Source of the DNA: an uncultured Acidobacteriota bacterium
GTDB lineage: Bacteria > Acidobacteriota > Blastocatellia > RBC074
Direction of reading: 5' to 3'
NCBI GenBank assembly: GCA_963796275.1
Contig: CAWCKY010000003.1
Location: 768,001 to 832,000 of the forward strand
DNA: 64,000 nucleotides
Of the stretch, positions 37,985 to 49,894 are shown one piece after another; within the stretch, counting starts at the first letter, position 1, and each line of letters opens with the position of its first letter. The notes under the pieces were generated by a model, which saw nothing but the letters and a program-made list of their open reading frames with translations, had not been told where the DNA came from and ran no database searches. The translations under genes and the position numbers were made by a program.

Positions 37985-38014
37985 TTGACAACATAAGGCA
38001 ATGGTCTTTATGCT
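37985..38014 (+). promoter_or_regulatory. Putative sigma70 promoter for the ffh operon
   Basis: TTGACA-18 bp-TATGCT. Confidence 0.5.
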
Positions 38015-38081
38015 CTATCTTTTGCGCCCAGCGCAATTTCCATGACTTATTGCATGACTATGCAGACTGATTGATCGACCC

Positions 38082-39488
<1,407 letters not shown>

Positions 39489-39603
39489 ATATACAGATTA
39501 CGGATGGGGAATCCGTCTTCCGCAATCTGTAAGCAAAAGCTAGCCTCTACCGAGGCACTCAACTATAATTTATACGCCCTATAACGTTTGGAGGTAATTT
39601 ACC

Positions 39604-39879
39604 TTGTTAGCGATTAGATTGACACGACAAGGAGCGAAGAAGAAGCCGTTTTATCGGGTGGTTGTGGCAGAAAAGCGCGCCAAGCGTGATGGCCGCTTCG
39701 TCGAAATTGTGGGCCATTACAATCCCTGCCGCGAACCGGCGCAGTTGGAGCTGAAGCTCGATCGCATCAGTTATTGGATTAAATGTGGCGCGCAGCCGAC
39801 CGATACGGTTAAGAACCTGATCCGCAAGAGCGAACTACAGCGGCAAATTATCCAGAGTCCGGCGGAGAGCGCTGAATGA
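39604..39879 (+). CDS. rpsP: 30S ribosomal protein S16 (TTG start)
   Basis: [30 protein letters not shown]. Confidence 0.97.
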   Translation: MLAIRLTRQGAKKKPFYRVVVAEKRAKRDGRFVEIVGHYNPCREPAQLELKLDRISYWIKCGAQPTDTVKNLIRKSELQRQIIQSPAESAE

Positions 39880-40106
39880 AAGAGCTTGTTGAGTTGATTG
39901 CAATATCTCTGGTCGATTACCCCGATAAGGTGAAAGTCAAAGAGATCGAGGGTGATCAGGCCACGGTGCTCGAGCTGCGCGTCGCTGATGGCGACCTGGG
40001 GAAGGTGATCGGCAAACAGGGGCGCACTGCGCGCGCGATTCGCACGGTCCTCAACGCTTCCGGAATAAAGCTCAAGAAACGATTCGTGCTTGAGATTCTA
40101 GAATGA
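39876..40106 (+). CDS. khpA: KH-domain RNA-binding protein
   Basis: [17 protein letters not shown]; lies between rpsP and rimM. Confidence 0.93.
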   Translation: MKELVELIAISLVDYPDKVKVKEIEGDQATVLELRVADGDLGKVIGKQGRTARAIRTVLNASGIKLKKRFVLEILE

Positions 40107-40675
40107 GCGCCTCGCCCTTATTGCCAGTTGCAATGACCGGGCCCGCCGAGGTTGAGGAACTGATCAGCGTCGCTCGGATCGTTCGCCCGCAGGGGAGGCG
40201 GGGAGAGGTGATAGCCGAACTCCTCACCGATTTCCCCGAACGATTCGCCAGGCTGGGGGACATGACTCTGAGATTCGCAACCGGTGAAACGAGGGTCATC
40301 CAACTCGAGAACTCTTGGCTTCACAAAGGACGGATAGTTTTAAAAATCGACGGCTACGAGAACATCAATCAAGCGGAAGAGCTGCGCGACGCTCTCATTC
40401 TGGTGACCCGAGACCAGCTGGTAGAATTGCCGGTTGATACATATTACGAATTTGATCTGGTTGACTGTGAAGTAATTACCCGAGACGCCCGCGAGGTCGG
40501 ACGCGTCAGCGGAATACAACGCTATGGCGCCGCCCCGCTGCTAGCCGTTCAGGACATCGAGAAACGCGAACATCTGATTCCACTCACACAAAACATTTGT
40601 GTCGAGATCGATGTGACGCGCAAACGGATAATCATCGATCCGCCTGATGGGTTACTTGAATTAATGGATAATTGA
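40103..40675 (+). CDS. rimM: 16S rRNA processing protein RimM
   Basis: [23 protein letters not shown] and [12 protein letters not shown]. Confidence 0.95.
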   Translation: MSASPLLPVAMTGPAEVEELISVARIVRPQGRRGEVIAELLTDFPERFARLGDMTLRFATGETRVIQLENSWLHKGRIVLKIDGYENINQAEELRDALILVTRDQLVELPVDTYYEFDLVDCEVITRDAREVGRVSGIQRYGAAPLLAVQDIEKREHLIPLTQNICVEIDVTRKRIIIDPPDGLLELMDN

Positions 40676-40730
40676 TAGTTGATATTCTTTCAGTTGTAAG
40701 TTTTTTTGCTGATCGAAATTAATTGCACAG

Positions 40731-40919
40731 CCTCTTCGCCGCGTTAGCGGCGGTTGATTCTAGCCATGGGTTTTAACCCACGGTAGGCTTGAAGGATATT
40801 ACCGCGTCGCGTTAGCGACGCCTGAATTCAACCGTCGCTGACGCGACGTGAAAAAATTTACTGCCACCGTGGGTTAAAACCCACGGCTACAATCAACCGC
40901 CGCTAACGCGGCGAAGAGG
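40731..40919. repeat. Large REP-type palindromic element (about 54-bp near-perfect arms with nested hairpins)
   Basis: CCTCTTCGCCGCGTTAGCGGCGGTTGATTCTAGCCATGGGTTTTAACCCACGGT and its reverse complement at about 40866-40919; central GCGTCGCGTTAGCGACG/CGTCGCTGACGCGACG. Confidence 0.9.
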
Positions 40920-41007
40920 TTTTTCAGTCACTAATAGTTTTTAGTTTTTTGCCAACTGTTGACACCGACTTTACGAACTATCAACTATCAACTATCAATT
41001 CTCTTAT

Positions 41008-41760
41008 ATGCGTTTCGACGTATTGACCATTTTTCCGGATTTTTTTACGGGGCCGTTCGATTTCGGAATAATACGGCGGGCGCGGCAGGAAGGCTTGATA
41101 GAGATCGTAATACACGATCTTCGCTCTTTTACATCAGATAAACATCACGTCGTTGACGATCGGCCTTTCGGCGGCGGTGATGGGATGGTTTTGAAACCGG
41201 AACCGATCTTTCGCGCGGTTGAATCGTTGATGGCAGCCGGTAGTCGGGAGGAAGGCGAGAAGCGCGTGGCGGTCGTCCTGCTTTCGCCACAGGGACATCT
41301 GTTCGATCAAAGTCGGGCGGCGTCTTTTGCTCGCGAATGCTCGCAGATGATATTGATTTGCGGAAGATACGAAGGCGTCGATGAGCGCGTCGCAGAGCAG
41401 CTGGTAACCGATGAGGTTTCGATCGGCGATTATGTGCTCACCGGTGGTGAAATCCCGGCGATGGCGATCGTGGATGCAGTTACTCGATTGCTGCCGGACG
41501 CTCTTGGCAGCGATACTTCGGCGGCGCACGATTCATTTTCGGTCAATTCCAGCGGATTGCTCGATTATCCGCATTACACTCGCCCTGCCGATTTTCGAGG
41601 ATGGCAGGTGCCGGAAGTTTTGATAAGCGGGCATCATGGAGAGGTGGCCAGATGGAGGCGGCGAGCGGCGCTGCTCAAGACACTTAAGATGCGGCCCGAT
41701 CTGCTCCCAGATGCTGAGTTGAGTGATGAAGAACGACGATGGCTCTCGGAAAGGACTTGA
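41008..41760 (+). CDS. trmD: tRNA (guanine-N1)-methyltransferase
   Basis: [39 protein letters not shown] and PHYTRP. Confidence 0.98.
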   Translation: MRFDVLTIFPDFFTGPFDFGIIRRARQEGLIEIVIHDLRSFTSDKHHVVDDRPFGGGDGMVLKPEPIFRAVESLMAAGSREEGEKRVAVVLLSPQGHLFDQSRAASFARECSQMILICGRYEGVDERVAEQLVTDEVSIGDYVLTGGEIPAMAIVDAVTRLLPDALGSDTSAAHDSFSVNSSGLLDYPHYTRPADFRGWQVPEVLISGHHGEVARWRRRAALLKTLKMRPDLLPDAELSDEERRWLSERT

Positions 41761-41795
41761 GAGTTGAAATTTGAGATTTGATGAGGTGAGTGACA

Positions 41796-42179
41796 ATGAA
41801 CATACTTGATACCATTGATAAGGCTCAATTGAAGAGCAATATTCCTGATTTCATTCCGGGTGACACCGTTCGCGTCCACGTGCGGATCAAAGAGAGTGAG
41901 ACTAAAGAGCGGTTGCAGGCCTTTGAAGGCGTCGTGATCGCACGCAGAGGCAAAGGTGTGAGCGAGACAATCACTGTTCGCAAAACATCCTTCGGCGTCG
42001 GCGTCGAACGCATTTTCCCATTACATGCGACTATCATCGATCACATCGATGTGATCAAGCGCGGCCGCGTGCGACGCGCCAAACTCTATTTCCTGCGAGG
42101 ATTGCGTGGAAAGGCCGCGCGCATTCGCGAACGCGATACCCGTACACACGCTTCGGCTGCCGGCGGGAAGGAAAACTAG
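41796..42179 (+). CDS. rplS: 50S ribosomal protein L19
   Basis: [24 protein letters not shown] and [10 protein letters not shown]. Confidence 0.98.
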   Translation: MNILDTIDKAQLKSNIPDFIPGDTVRVHVRIKESETKERLQAFEGVVIARRGKGVSETITVRKTSFGVGVERIFPLHATIIDHIDVIKRGRVRRAKLYFLRGLRGKAARIRERDTRTHASAAGGKEN

Positions 42180-42386
42180 AGCGACTGGTGTTCAAATCAT
42201 ATTTTCTGATACCTGATAACTGTCACCTGAGACCGACAAATATTTCGACAGACTTCTCCGCTATATTGTTGGGAGAAGAGATATCCGTCCAGTCGGTTTC
42301 AGGTTTCATGCTAAAAGCTCTCACCGCAACCAAGATGCAGAGTAATTCGGTATAGGCCTTATCCAATTCGGGCTTTTTCTCGCCTG

Positions 42387-44844
42387 ATGAGCACACCTCG
42401 ATCCGCAACTCTCGTTTGCGTCGTCTTTCTGGCATTGTTGCCCTTCTACTTTTTTGGGCGCGAGACCCTGGGATGGCTCACTCTTGGAGATCAGGATGCG
42501 ATCTTCTTCTTCTTCCCTGCCTTTCAATTCATAGGTGAACAACTTAAATCCGGAAATCTCCCTTTGTGGACGAATTATCAATACAGCGGGTCGCCGCTTT
42601 TCGCTCAATGGCATACAGGAATACTCGATCCGATCAACTGGATTTATGTGATCGAGACGAGTTCGCGTACGCTGACGATGTCCATTGAGATCGGCTTCGC
42701 CCTCTCGTTGCTTGCGACATTCGTTTACACGCGAAGTTTGGGTTTCACTCGGAGGGCCTGCGTCATCTCGGCGGTAATTTATGCATTGAGCGGGTTTGCC
42801 GTCGGCCGCACGCTTTATCCCTGCTTTCTTCACATAGTAGCGCTCGTCCCTCTCGTACTCTTCTTTGTCGAGAGGCTTTATCAACGAGGGAAGTGGCTCG
42901 ATGTCGCCGCCGGCGCTTTGATCATCGCATGGCAAATATTCGCGGCGCACGCGCAACCGCTCGTCTACTCTTCATTGCTGGCTGGCGCCTATGCGCTCTT
43001 CAGATGGCAAACCGGGAAAAAGGTGGCGATGAATCGGAGAAGCGGGGTAGAGCAAGAGAACGCCGGAGTAGCAGCTGAGAAAGATCTCGCCTCCCCGTTC
43101 TTTCTTCTTCAATTCGCCTTGATGTTTATCATCGGTGCCGCGCTGGCCGCGGTGCAACTGATCCCGGCAGTTGAGACGGCTGGCCAATCGGTGCGCAAGG
43201 AGTGGCCTTATGACCTCTTCACGATGAATTCGCTGCATCCGATCTCTCTTTTGACCACTCTCTTTCCGTTTTTGCACGGTTCGGGTAAGACGATCTATCA
43301 GCTGCCTTATTGGGGCAATTACTGGCATCACAACGAAGCGCAGTTTTATTTGGGACTGCCGGCGATCTCATTGGCGATAGCCGGAGCGATCTTCGCTTGG
43401 CGCAGGAAAGACCGGATTGTCGTCTTCTGGAGCCTGGTGGCGGTTGTGGGCATCATCCTCTCCCTCGGGAAATATAGCGGGCCGATTGCTCGATTGCTCT
43501 TTCACGTCCCGTTGATCAGTCATTTCCGCAGCCCCAACCGCCATTGGATGGAAGTGACTCTAGCAGTAGCTGTTCTTGCGGGATACGCGATTGATCGCTT
43601 ACTGCGGGAACGGGAGAGAGAGCTCGGCATACTGGTGCAGAGAACCGCAGCGATTCTTTTGCTGTTGTGCTGCGTCGTTGCCGGATTCGTATTATGGCAA
43701 AGGCGACTGGCGGAATCTGTCATCCGGCGGCTACCTGGTCTGGATAAAGTGTCCGAGGGGTTTCTGCAGGCTGCCGGAGCAGAATTTTATTTGCCGGTGA
43801 TTTTTGCCGCGTGCGGCGCCCTTACTTTGATCTTCTTTGTTCGCACACAAACACGCGCCTATTGGTATGTGCCATTGCTCGTTTGGCTGCTCATCGATTT
43901 CAATCACTACGCGGCGTTCGCTCCCATCAACTCCCCGGCCAGACTGGAGACGCTCATCGGGCGGGGGATGCCCGCCTCGCTTGCCGCAAAACAGAGCGAG
44001 CGTGACCCGATACGCTACCACGTGATGCTCAACCCGGCTGCCGGAGAGTTCGACTCACTATTGTTCTACGGGCATGAAGATGGCTACGGGTTATGATCCG
44101 ATCATCAATGATCGCTATAAAACTTTCAGCGGGATGGATGAGGCGGGACGCAGCTTTCACCTGGATATGCTTCAGGGCCGGGACCGCACGCTCGATCTTC
44201 TCAATGTACATTTTGTCCTGGTGGCCCCACCTATCTTCGAAACGACAGCCAGCCGCGCCCTGAGCGACGGAACGCGCTGGCGCGCGATCGATGATCGCAG
44301 CCCGGCCGAGCCTTACCGAAACTATCGCATCTTCGAAAATTTGAACGCACTTCCGCGCGTATGGCTGGTGAATCATATCAAGGTTGCCTATGAAGGCGAT
44401 CAGCACAAACTGATTCGCGGAGAAGTTGCGACTACTGGAGAGCGTGACTTCGATCCCCGGACGACCGCGCTCGTCGATCACGAAACCGCAGGCAAGCTGG
44501 ATGAGGCTCTATTGAAATTCCAGGGCGGGGATGCGGCCCCGCAAGCATCGCCGCCCACTATAATCGATCGCAAAACAACGCGTATGCTGATCGAAGCGGA
44601 TGCTGCGAAACCATCGGTGCTGGTATTGAGCGAAATAGCATATCCGGGCTGGCAGGCGGAGGTCGATGGTAAAACGGCTGAATTGATGCGGGTGAATTAC
44701 GATCTCCGCGGCGTTGCTCTGAGTCCTGGGAAACACAGGATAGAGCTTATTTATCGGCCGCTTTCATTGAAAATCGGGTCTGCAGTGTCAGTGATAACCG
44801 CGATATTTGTGTTGTTGAGCATAAGGTTCGCGAGAAGGAGATAG
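42387..44844 (+). pseudogene. YfhO-family GT-C glycosyltransferase-like membrane protein split by a +1 frameshift at about 44077 (or a sequencing error)
   Basis: GNLPLWTNYQYSGSPLFA at the N-terminus; ORF2 ends LVLSEIAYPGWQAEVDG..VNYDLRGV.L.PGKHRIELIYRP; deleting one base in CATGAAGATG joins FYGHE to MATGYDP. Confidence 0.8.
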
Positions 44845-45053
44845 TCAACGGATCGAAAAATAAGGGATTCCGCATGACCGATAACGAGCAGTAGGACGGG
44901 GTGTTTACAAAAAATGAGTGCTCCGCAAAAGACAGACACTTCAGAGTGAACCTGAGATTCATCCTAAACGTAAAAGATTTTGCCGCTCTTACTCTTTGAT
45001 TGAAATGGCCTGAGGGCAATGTTGGGACTATCGCATGATTATGGAGGTTCGTA

Positions 45054-46064
45054 ATGTTCTGCCCGAGATGTGGGACGGAAAACCTTGAGACGAACAAATA
45101 TTGCCGAAACTGCCGCGAGGATTTGCAACTGGTCGTGCATGCGATGAGCAATCGCCTGCCCGTGCTGTTGTTCACCAAAATAGATGCTGCATTAGACCGT
45201 AAAAGCGAACGTTTCCGTCGAGATAGCGCTCTTTGGCTGCTTGCCAGTATCTGCTTTTGCCTGAACGCCGTTTTGGGATATCCCTCCCCAGGCGAGGGCC
45301 ATTATCAAATAATAATGTTTTCGCTTTCAGTCATATCCTGTGGTTATGGACTTTTCATCAGCATCTGGAGTTATTTGGCTTTCAGACACAGTTTATTAGT
45401 TGGGCGAGAAATATTTCTTCCCAACAACGACTCCGTCAGTGCTGCTCATAACCGAATCGTCAACTCGCTCCAGACGGATACTTCATCGGTTGAGACTCTC
45501 CGGCTGCCAGTCCCCAACGCCACTGAACAAACGACAAGAAAATTATCAGATACGACGTGTGAGGCAGGCGCTTTTACGGAAGTGAACTACTCATGCTGTT
45601 CGAGTTGCGGAGCGGAGAGTTCATCTGACCTTAAGTTCTGCCGTAACTGTGGCGCTAATCTTAAGCTTCTCAGAAAAATAACGAGGAGCGGTCGGTTCCA
45701 AACATGGCTTAATTCAAAGTTGGACCAGTATATCAAAGCGAAAAGCACTCATGAAATTGGCTATGGCTCGAGCGCGATGCTTTTTCTTATGGCGGTCATG
45801 TATCTGGCAATCGCCGTCAGCAAAATTGCAATAACAGGTATTGATTGGGCATTTTTATACTATGCGGCATTTCTCTTTTCATTTCTCATAATAGGAGCCT
45901 GGGACTATCTGTATTATCGGCGTTTGCGAAAAACCAACGCGGAGACTCCACGAGCAATATCCATAGCAACCTTTGATACTGCCCCTCAAACGGTACCGGA
46001 TCAGGTGAAAGCGGGCCTGACTACAGACCGGCTCCCAGTCAATAAATCCGCCCCCGATAGATGA
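45054..46064 (+). CDS. Zinc-ribbon membrane protein with an internal duplication (true end probably 46122 via a frameshift)
   Basis: MFCPRCG..NKYCRNC and CSSCG..LKFCRNCG, each followed by two TM helices. Confidence 0.8.
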   Translation: MFCPRCGTENLETNKYCRNCREDLQLVVHAMSNRLPVLLFTKIDAALDRKSERFRRDSALWLLASICFCLNAVLGYPSPGEGHYQIIMFSLSVISCGYGLFISIWSYLAFRHSLLVGREIFLPNNDSVSAAHNRIVNSLQTDTSSVETLRLPVPNATEQTTRKLSDTTCEAGAFTEVNYSCCSSCGAESSSDLKFCRNCGANLKLLRKITRSGRFQTWLNSKLDQYIKAKSTHEIGYGSSAMLFLMAVMYLAIAVSKIAITGIDWAFLYYAAFLFSFLIIGAWDYLYYRRLRKTNAETPRAISIATFDTAPQTVPDQVKAGLTTDRLPVNKSAPDR

Positions 46065-46320
46065 ATCTCTTAGCATCACCGAAAATACAACAAGACAACT
46101 GATCGATCGCAATGCGCCATAATAAACTCGTGATCTAGCAACGGTCGGCAAGCCCAACATCCTCGTAACTGTCTAAATCGTACACATCGATTACATCGAT
46201 GCAGAATCGACCAACTCGTCAGCATACTGCCGCTTCGGCGGCCGGCCTGTGTTTTTCTCGTTCGCTGCAGCATTCGCATGCTGCTGCGTAATACTCCAAG
46301 CGAAATCTCAAACGCGCAAG

Positions 46321-46344
46321 GTTTGGAGTTCCGCCTTCAGGCGG
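46321..46344. repeat. REP-like hairpin GTTTGGAGTTCCGCCTTCAGGCGG
   Basis: CCGCC-TTCA-GGCGG palindrome directly abutting the stop codon of the beta-helix gene. Confidence 0.6.
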
Positions 46345-48477
46345 TCAGAAAATCGCGTGCAGAAAGGAAATGACCGGCGCGGTGAGCGCGGGATTGATGG
46401 TGAAGTTGTCGACGAAAATCGAGCCGCCTGGAGTCGCGACGACTGAGACGACCACCTTGTCTAAGCTAGTCACGGACGCTTGAGGGCTACGGAAGGTGAA
46501 ATTCTCGCCGACGATCAGTTCGTTGCCGCCGGGCGGCGTCGCAAAGACCGAATAAGTGTGCGCAGGGACGTTTACGACCATGCGGAAATGGTAGGTTTCT
46601 CCCGCCGCGTAAGAAATGCTCGTGGCGGCGCCGTAGCCCGAGCCATTGTAGGCGTCGATCAAGCCGGCGTTGTTAAAACGCACGATGGCCGCTATCCCGG
46701 AGTAGGCCGTCGGCGAGCCGAGCGAGAACCCGAACAAGGCATCGATCGGCGAGATCGAGGGCGTTACGTCGAATTGCGCAGTAAACTCGCCTGTTTGCGC
46801 GGATGGCAACGGCGAGGCGTAGAAGCCCATCGCGGGCGTGACGGTTGCGCTCGTGCTAATGACATAGTCGCCGGCTCTCACGAAGCTGTTGTGCATGCCG
46901 TCTTTAATGGCGACCGCTTTCAGCTTGGCGCTGGCTCCGATCGCCACCGGGCCGGTGTAGATCACGCCCGCCCTCGATGTAGGAGGTCTGCCGTCGGTCG
47001 TGTAGCGGATCACCGCCCCGCTGGTCGCGGAGGTTATAGTGATATTCTGAGCGCCGAAATACTCGCCGGGCGGGAGACTGAAAACAGGGGCCAAGACTGT
47101 GTTGGGATCGCTCTCGAAATCATATGCGCCCGCATCGATGGGCAGCGTGCGCGGATTGCCTTCGACGTCAGTTGGCGGCGCGAGGTCCGGTGTGCCCGCG
47201 GCGACCGCCGCGCTGAGGCGCCGCAGGTGAAAATTGAGCCGTTGATAATTGACAAAGAGCGAAGCATAGTCGCTCGAAACGATGTTGAAATCGACGGCGC
47301 CGACGCTCTCATCGGTGTTGAGCCAGGGCGTGATATTGTTGCGGACGACATTGCCGGTGGACGGCGTGCCGTCTTTGTGCGCTGCGATCTGAATCCACGG
47401 CCTCATCGTGCCGGCGCCCAAGGGATTATGCGCGACCGTGTTATTCACGACGCGGCAGTTTCTCGCGCCGAGCAACGAGATCGAGTTCCAGTGGCCCGTA
47501 GCGACGAGGTTGTTTTCCACGATCCAGTCGTCGAACCATCCGTCGAAAGCGCCTATGCCCTGGGCTTCGTGAATCAGCGGGCGACTCGAGGTGGCACTCA
47601 GGATGATGTTGTTGCGGATCACGACGCGCGCGGAGGCAAAGCCCTGGATCATGTCGTAGTGGTTCCCGTTGGTCGCGTAAACATCTCGGATGACGTTGTT
47701 TTCAATGATCAGATCGTCGCAACTGGCCCGCAGGGCGTCGCCGCAAAAGTTCCGCACAATAGAGTTCTTGATTGTGAGGTGATGCGTCGTATTATTCATG
47801 TTGATGCCGAAGAAGACGTTCTTTACGTGGCATTTATCGATAGTGACGTGATGGCTGTTGTTGTTGATGTAGATGCCGTTCCACGCTTTGGTATTCCAAT
47901 CGTCGGCGGTCCAGGCCGATGAATTGCCGATCGAGTAGATCGAGCAGTTCCTCAAGGATATCTCGGAACTGGCGTTGGTGATTCGCAGCAGGGTGTTCTC
48001 ATAAACCGGGAAAACGGGATGCGTCAAGGGGTGCGCCGCAGGGAGCGGGGCGGTCGTGTGAACTTCCACGCCGTCCAGAACCCAGTGGGTGGCGCCGATG
48101 AAATCGAGCCGATTGATGACCGGCTCGTGGCCGGCCTGTTTGGTGATTGTGACGTCGCCGACGTTGTCGCCGGTGATGACCGGGAAGCCGTGATTGCCGG
48201 AGCGGAGGTAGATGACATCCCCCGCGCTAAACGTCTTCCCCGCAGCGAAGACCTCCTGCAACGTGCTCCATGGGGCCGCGGCGGTGCCCGGATTGCTCAT
48301 GCTGCCGCAGACGGGATCTACATAATAGGCCGCTCTGAACGACGGATTATCGGCGGGCCCCGTGAGCGTGGCGGCATTCAAGGCGCCGGCACCCGAGCTA
48401 TTGTTCACGATGACGGCGCATGCCGCTAGCAACAATGCTGCACGTAATACTCCGATAAATGTTTGCGTGATTTTCAT
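46345..48477 (-). CDS. Secreted right-handed beta-helix (pectin-lyase-like) protein with a CHB_HEX_C/Fn3-like domain and a C-terminal beta-sandwich
   Basis: YYVDP..GS..NPGTAAAPWSTLQ, Asn-ladder repeats, DVEGNPR...DAGAY and PVFSLPPGEY...IRYTTDG. Confidence 0.85.
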   Translation of the reverse strand: MKITQTFIGVLRAALLLAACAVIVNNSSGAGALNAATLTGPADNPSFRAAYYVDPVCGSMSNPGTAAAPWSTLQEVFAAGKTFSAGDVIYLRSGNHGFPVITGDNVGDVTITKQAGHEPVINRLDFIGATHWVLDGVEVHTTAPLPAAHPLTHPVFPVYENTLLRITNASSEISLRNCSIYSIGNSSAWTADDWNTKAWNGIYINNNSHHVTIDKCHVKNVFFGINMNNTTHHLTIKNSIVRNFCGDALRASCDDLIIENNVIRDVYATNGNHYDMIQGFASARVVIRNNIILSATSSRPLIHEAQGIGAFDGWFDDWIVENNLVATGHWNSISLLGARNCRVVNNTVAHNPLGAGTMRPWIQIAAHKDGTPSTGNVVRNNITPWLNTDESVGAVDFNIVSSDYASLFVNYQRLNFHLRRLSAAVAAGTPDLAPPTDVEGNPRTLPIDAGAYDFESDPNTVLAPVFSLPPGEYFGAQNITITSATSGAVIRYTTDGRPPTSRAGVIYTGPVAIGASAKLKAVAIKDGMHNSFVRAGDYVISTSATVTPAMGFYASPLPSAQTGEFTAQFDVTPSISPIDALFGFSLGSPTAYSGIAAIVRFNNAGLIDAYNGSGYGAATSISYAAGETYHFRMVVNVPAHTYSVFATPPGGNELIVGENFTFRSPQASVTSLDKVVVSVVATPGGSIFVDNFTINPALTAPVISFLHAIF

Positions 48478-48511
48478 TGAAATTCCCCATTGGTGATTGA
48501 ATTGAGATTGA

Positions 48512-49459
48512 TCAATTGCTTTTCTTAGTAGCAGGTTGTTTTAACTGATCATACAATTCCTTCATCCCGTCGTAATACTCCGCGAGAGGTTCGATTCCAA
48601 GCGCTTTTCTGCGGTTATCTACATTTGCGGCATCCTCTATCGGATCTGGTACGATTTCTCCACCCTCACCGAATTTCGTTTGTGTTCCATATAACTGCTT
48701 TTTACCATCTCTAACTAGAACCCGATCTGTTAGGAGCGCGAAATCCTGCACCTTGGCCTCGCCTTTTTTTACGGATGCCTCCAGCAGCGGCAGGCATTCT
48801 TTTTGAAACGGGAGGCTCATATGCTGCACGAGTAACCAGGCAGCACCGCCCCCATCTTCTGCCACGAGGCTTCTGCCAGGCCAGCCGAACTGGCTGATGA
48901 TTTCACGCATTCGTTTCTCATTCCTCTTATCTATTTCCTCTATCTTCGCCCAGTAATGCGGATCTCCGGCGGACGGGTCACCCGCCTTCCGAGCGGCCTG
49001 ATCTTCTTCCGCCATGCGTAACAATTCAGCGCGAAGCGGGTCATTAAGTTTCGCTCGAAACGCCTTAACTCTTGCGACAAAGCTCGGCCAACGCGCATCC
49101 GCGCGCAATGCCGACAATTTCTGTGACTTCTCATAGGCTTCGAATTGAGGAAACCCAAGGTCCAGGGACTTGTTTAAATAACGATATCCCTCATCGAGTT
49201 TCCCGGAGAACGCCAGGCAAGCAGCAGCGGCTAAGGCAATATTCGATTCCCGATATCCTTTCTCGAATTGTGATATCCAGATTCGTGCGCACTCCGCGTA
49301 ATCACCCCGAGCCTCAGCGGCGTTCGCCTGATTCAGGATTTTGTTCTTGGTAGATTGGGCGTGCGCCTTGATCGTGAGCATGAGCAGCGCAATTAGCGCG
49401 CATTTCAACAATGGTAAGATCGACAATCTATTTCTCCTTTCAGGGAAAAATAAATACAT
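48512..49459 (-). CDS. Secreted TPR plus DUF6624-like protein
   Basis: Signal peptide, TPR-like helices, LRAELLRMAEEDQAAR, GWPG, AWLLVQH, LTDRV..KKQLYGTQ and VDNRRK.LG. Confidence 0.85.
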   Translation of the reverse strand: MYLFFPERRNRLSILPLLKCALIALLMLTIKAHAQSTKNKILNQANAAEARGDYAECARIWISQFEKGYRESNIALAAAACLAFSGKLDEGYRYLNKSLDLGFPQFEAYEKSQKLSALRADARWPSFVARVKAFRAKLNDPLRAELLRMAEEDQAARKAGDPSAGDPHYWAKIEEIDKRNEKRMREIISQFGWPGRSLVAEDGGGAAWLLVQHMSLPFQKECLPLLEASVKKGEAKVQDFALLTDRVLVRDGKKQLYGTQTKFGEGGEIVPDPIEDAANVDNRRKALGIEPLAEYYDGMKELYDQLKQPATKKSN

Positions 49460-49762
49460 TTAGATGTTTCAGTCTATTGACGTCTGTGCATATTAAAGTA
49501 ACCCACCGAAGAGACGCAAAGATTGCAGAGGTAGCGCAGATGTTAACTTGTACAGGGTGACCGAAGCAGCCTCAATTTTCCACCGGTGGTAGTCTTCCTG
49601 GTTGAAATGGAGACCATTTCGACCGAGTTGATTGTCTACTTAGTCAAGCGAGAAGCGCTCAAATAAAAGGCAAGGGTTTATTTCAGTTTGACTGAAGATT
49701 TAGGAAGCCCTGCTCAAAGAATAGTGAAAAAATATCCATACCTGGCTGGAAGCCCTAAATGT

Positions 49763-49805
49763 TGAAAGGCCAAACGCCTGCGCGAGTGGCGGGTTTGGCC
49801 TTTCA
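49763..49805. terminator. Stem-loop, probable intrinsic terminator
   Basis: TGAAAGGCCAAAC...GTTTGGCCTTTCA with T-rich tails. Confidence 0.6.
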
Positions 49806-49894
49806 TTCTTTTACGCTTCGAGTGTTGCTAGCATTAAATGCCGCAACTTGTTCAAGATCACGGTTGGAGCACCCTATCTCCGGTTTCACATTCT

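Noticed and set aside
46480-47922. 480-aa plus-strand ORF
   Set aside because: Antisense shadow of the GC-rich beta-helix gene; no recognisable motifs.
49460-49890. Possible ncRNA or riboswitch in a long intergenic region
   Set aside because: Only a terminator-like hairpin and short repeats were recognisable; no known RNA motif could be identified by eye.
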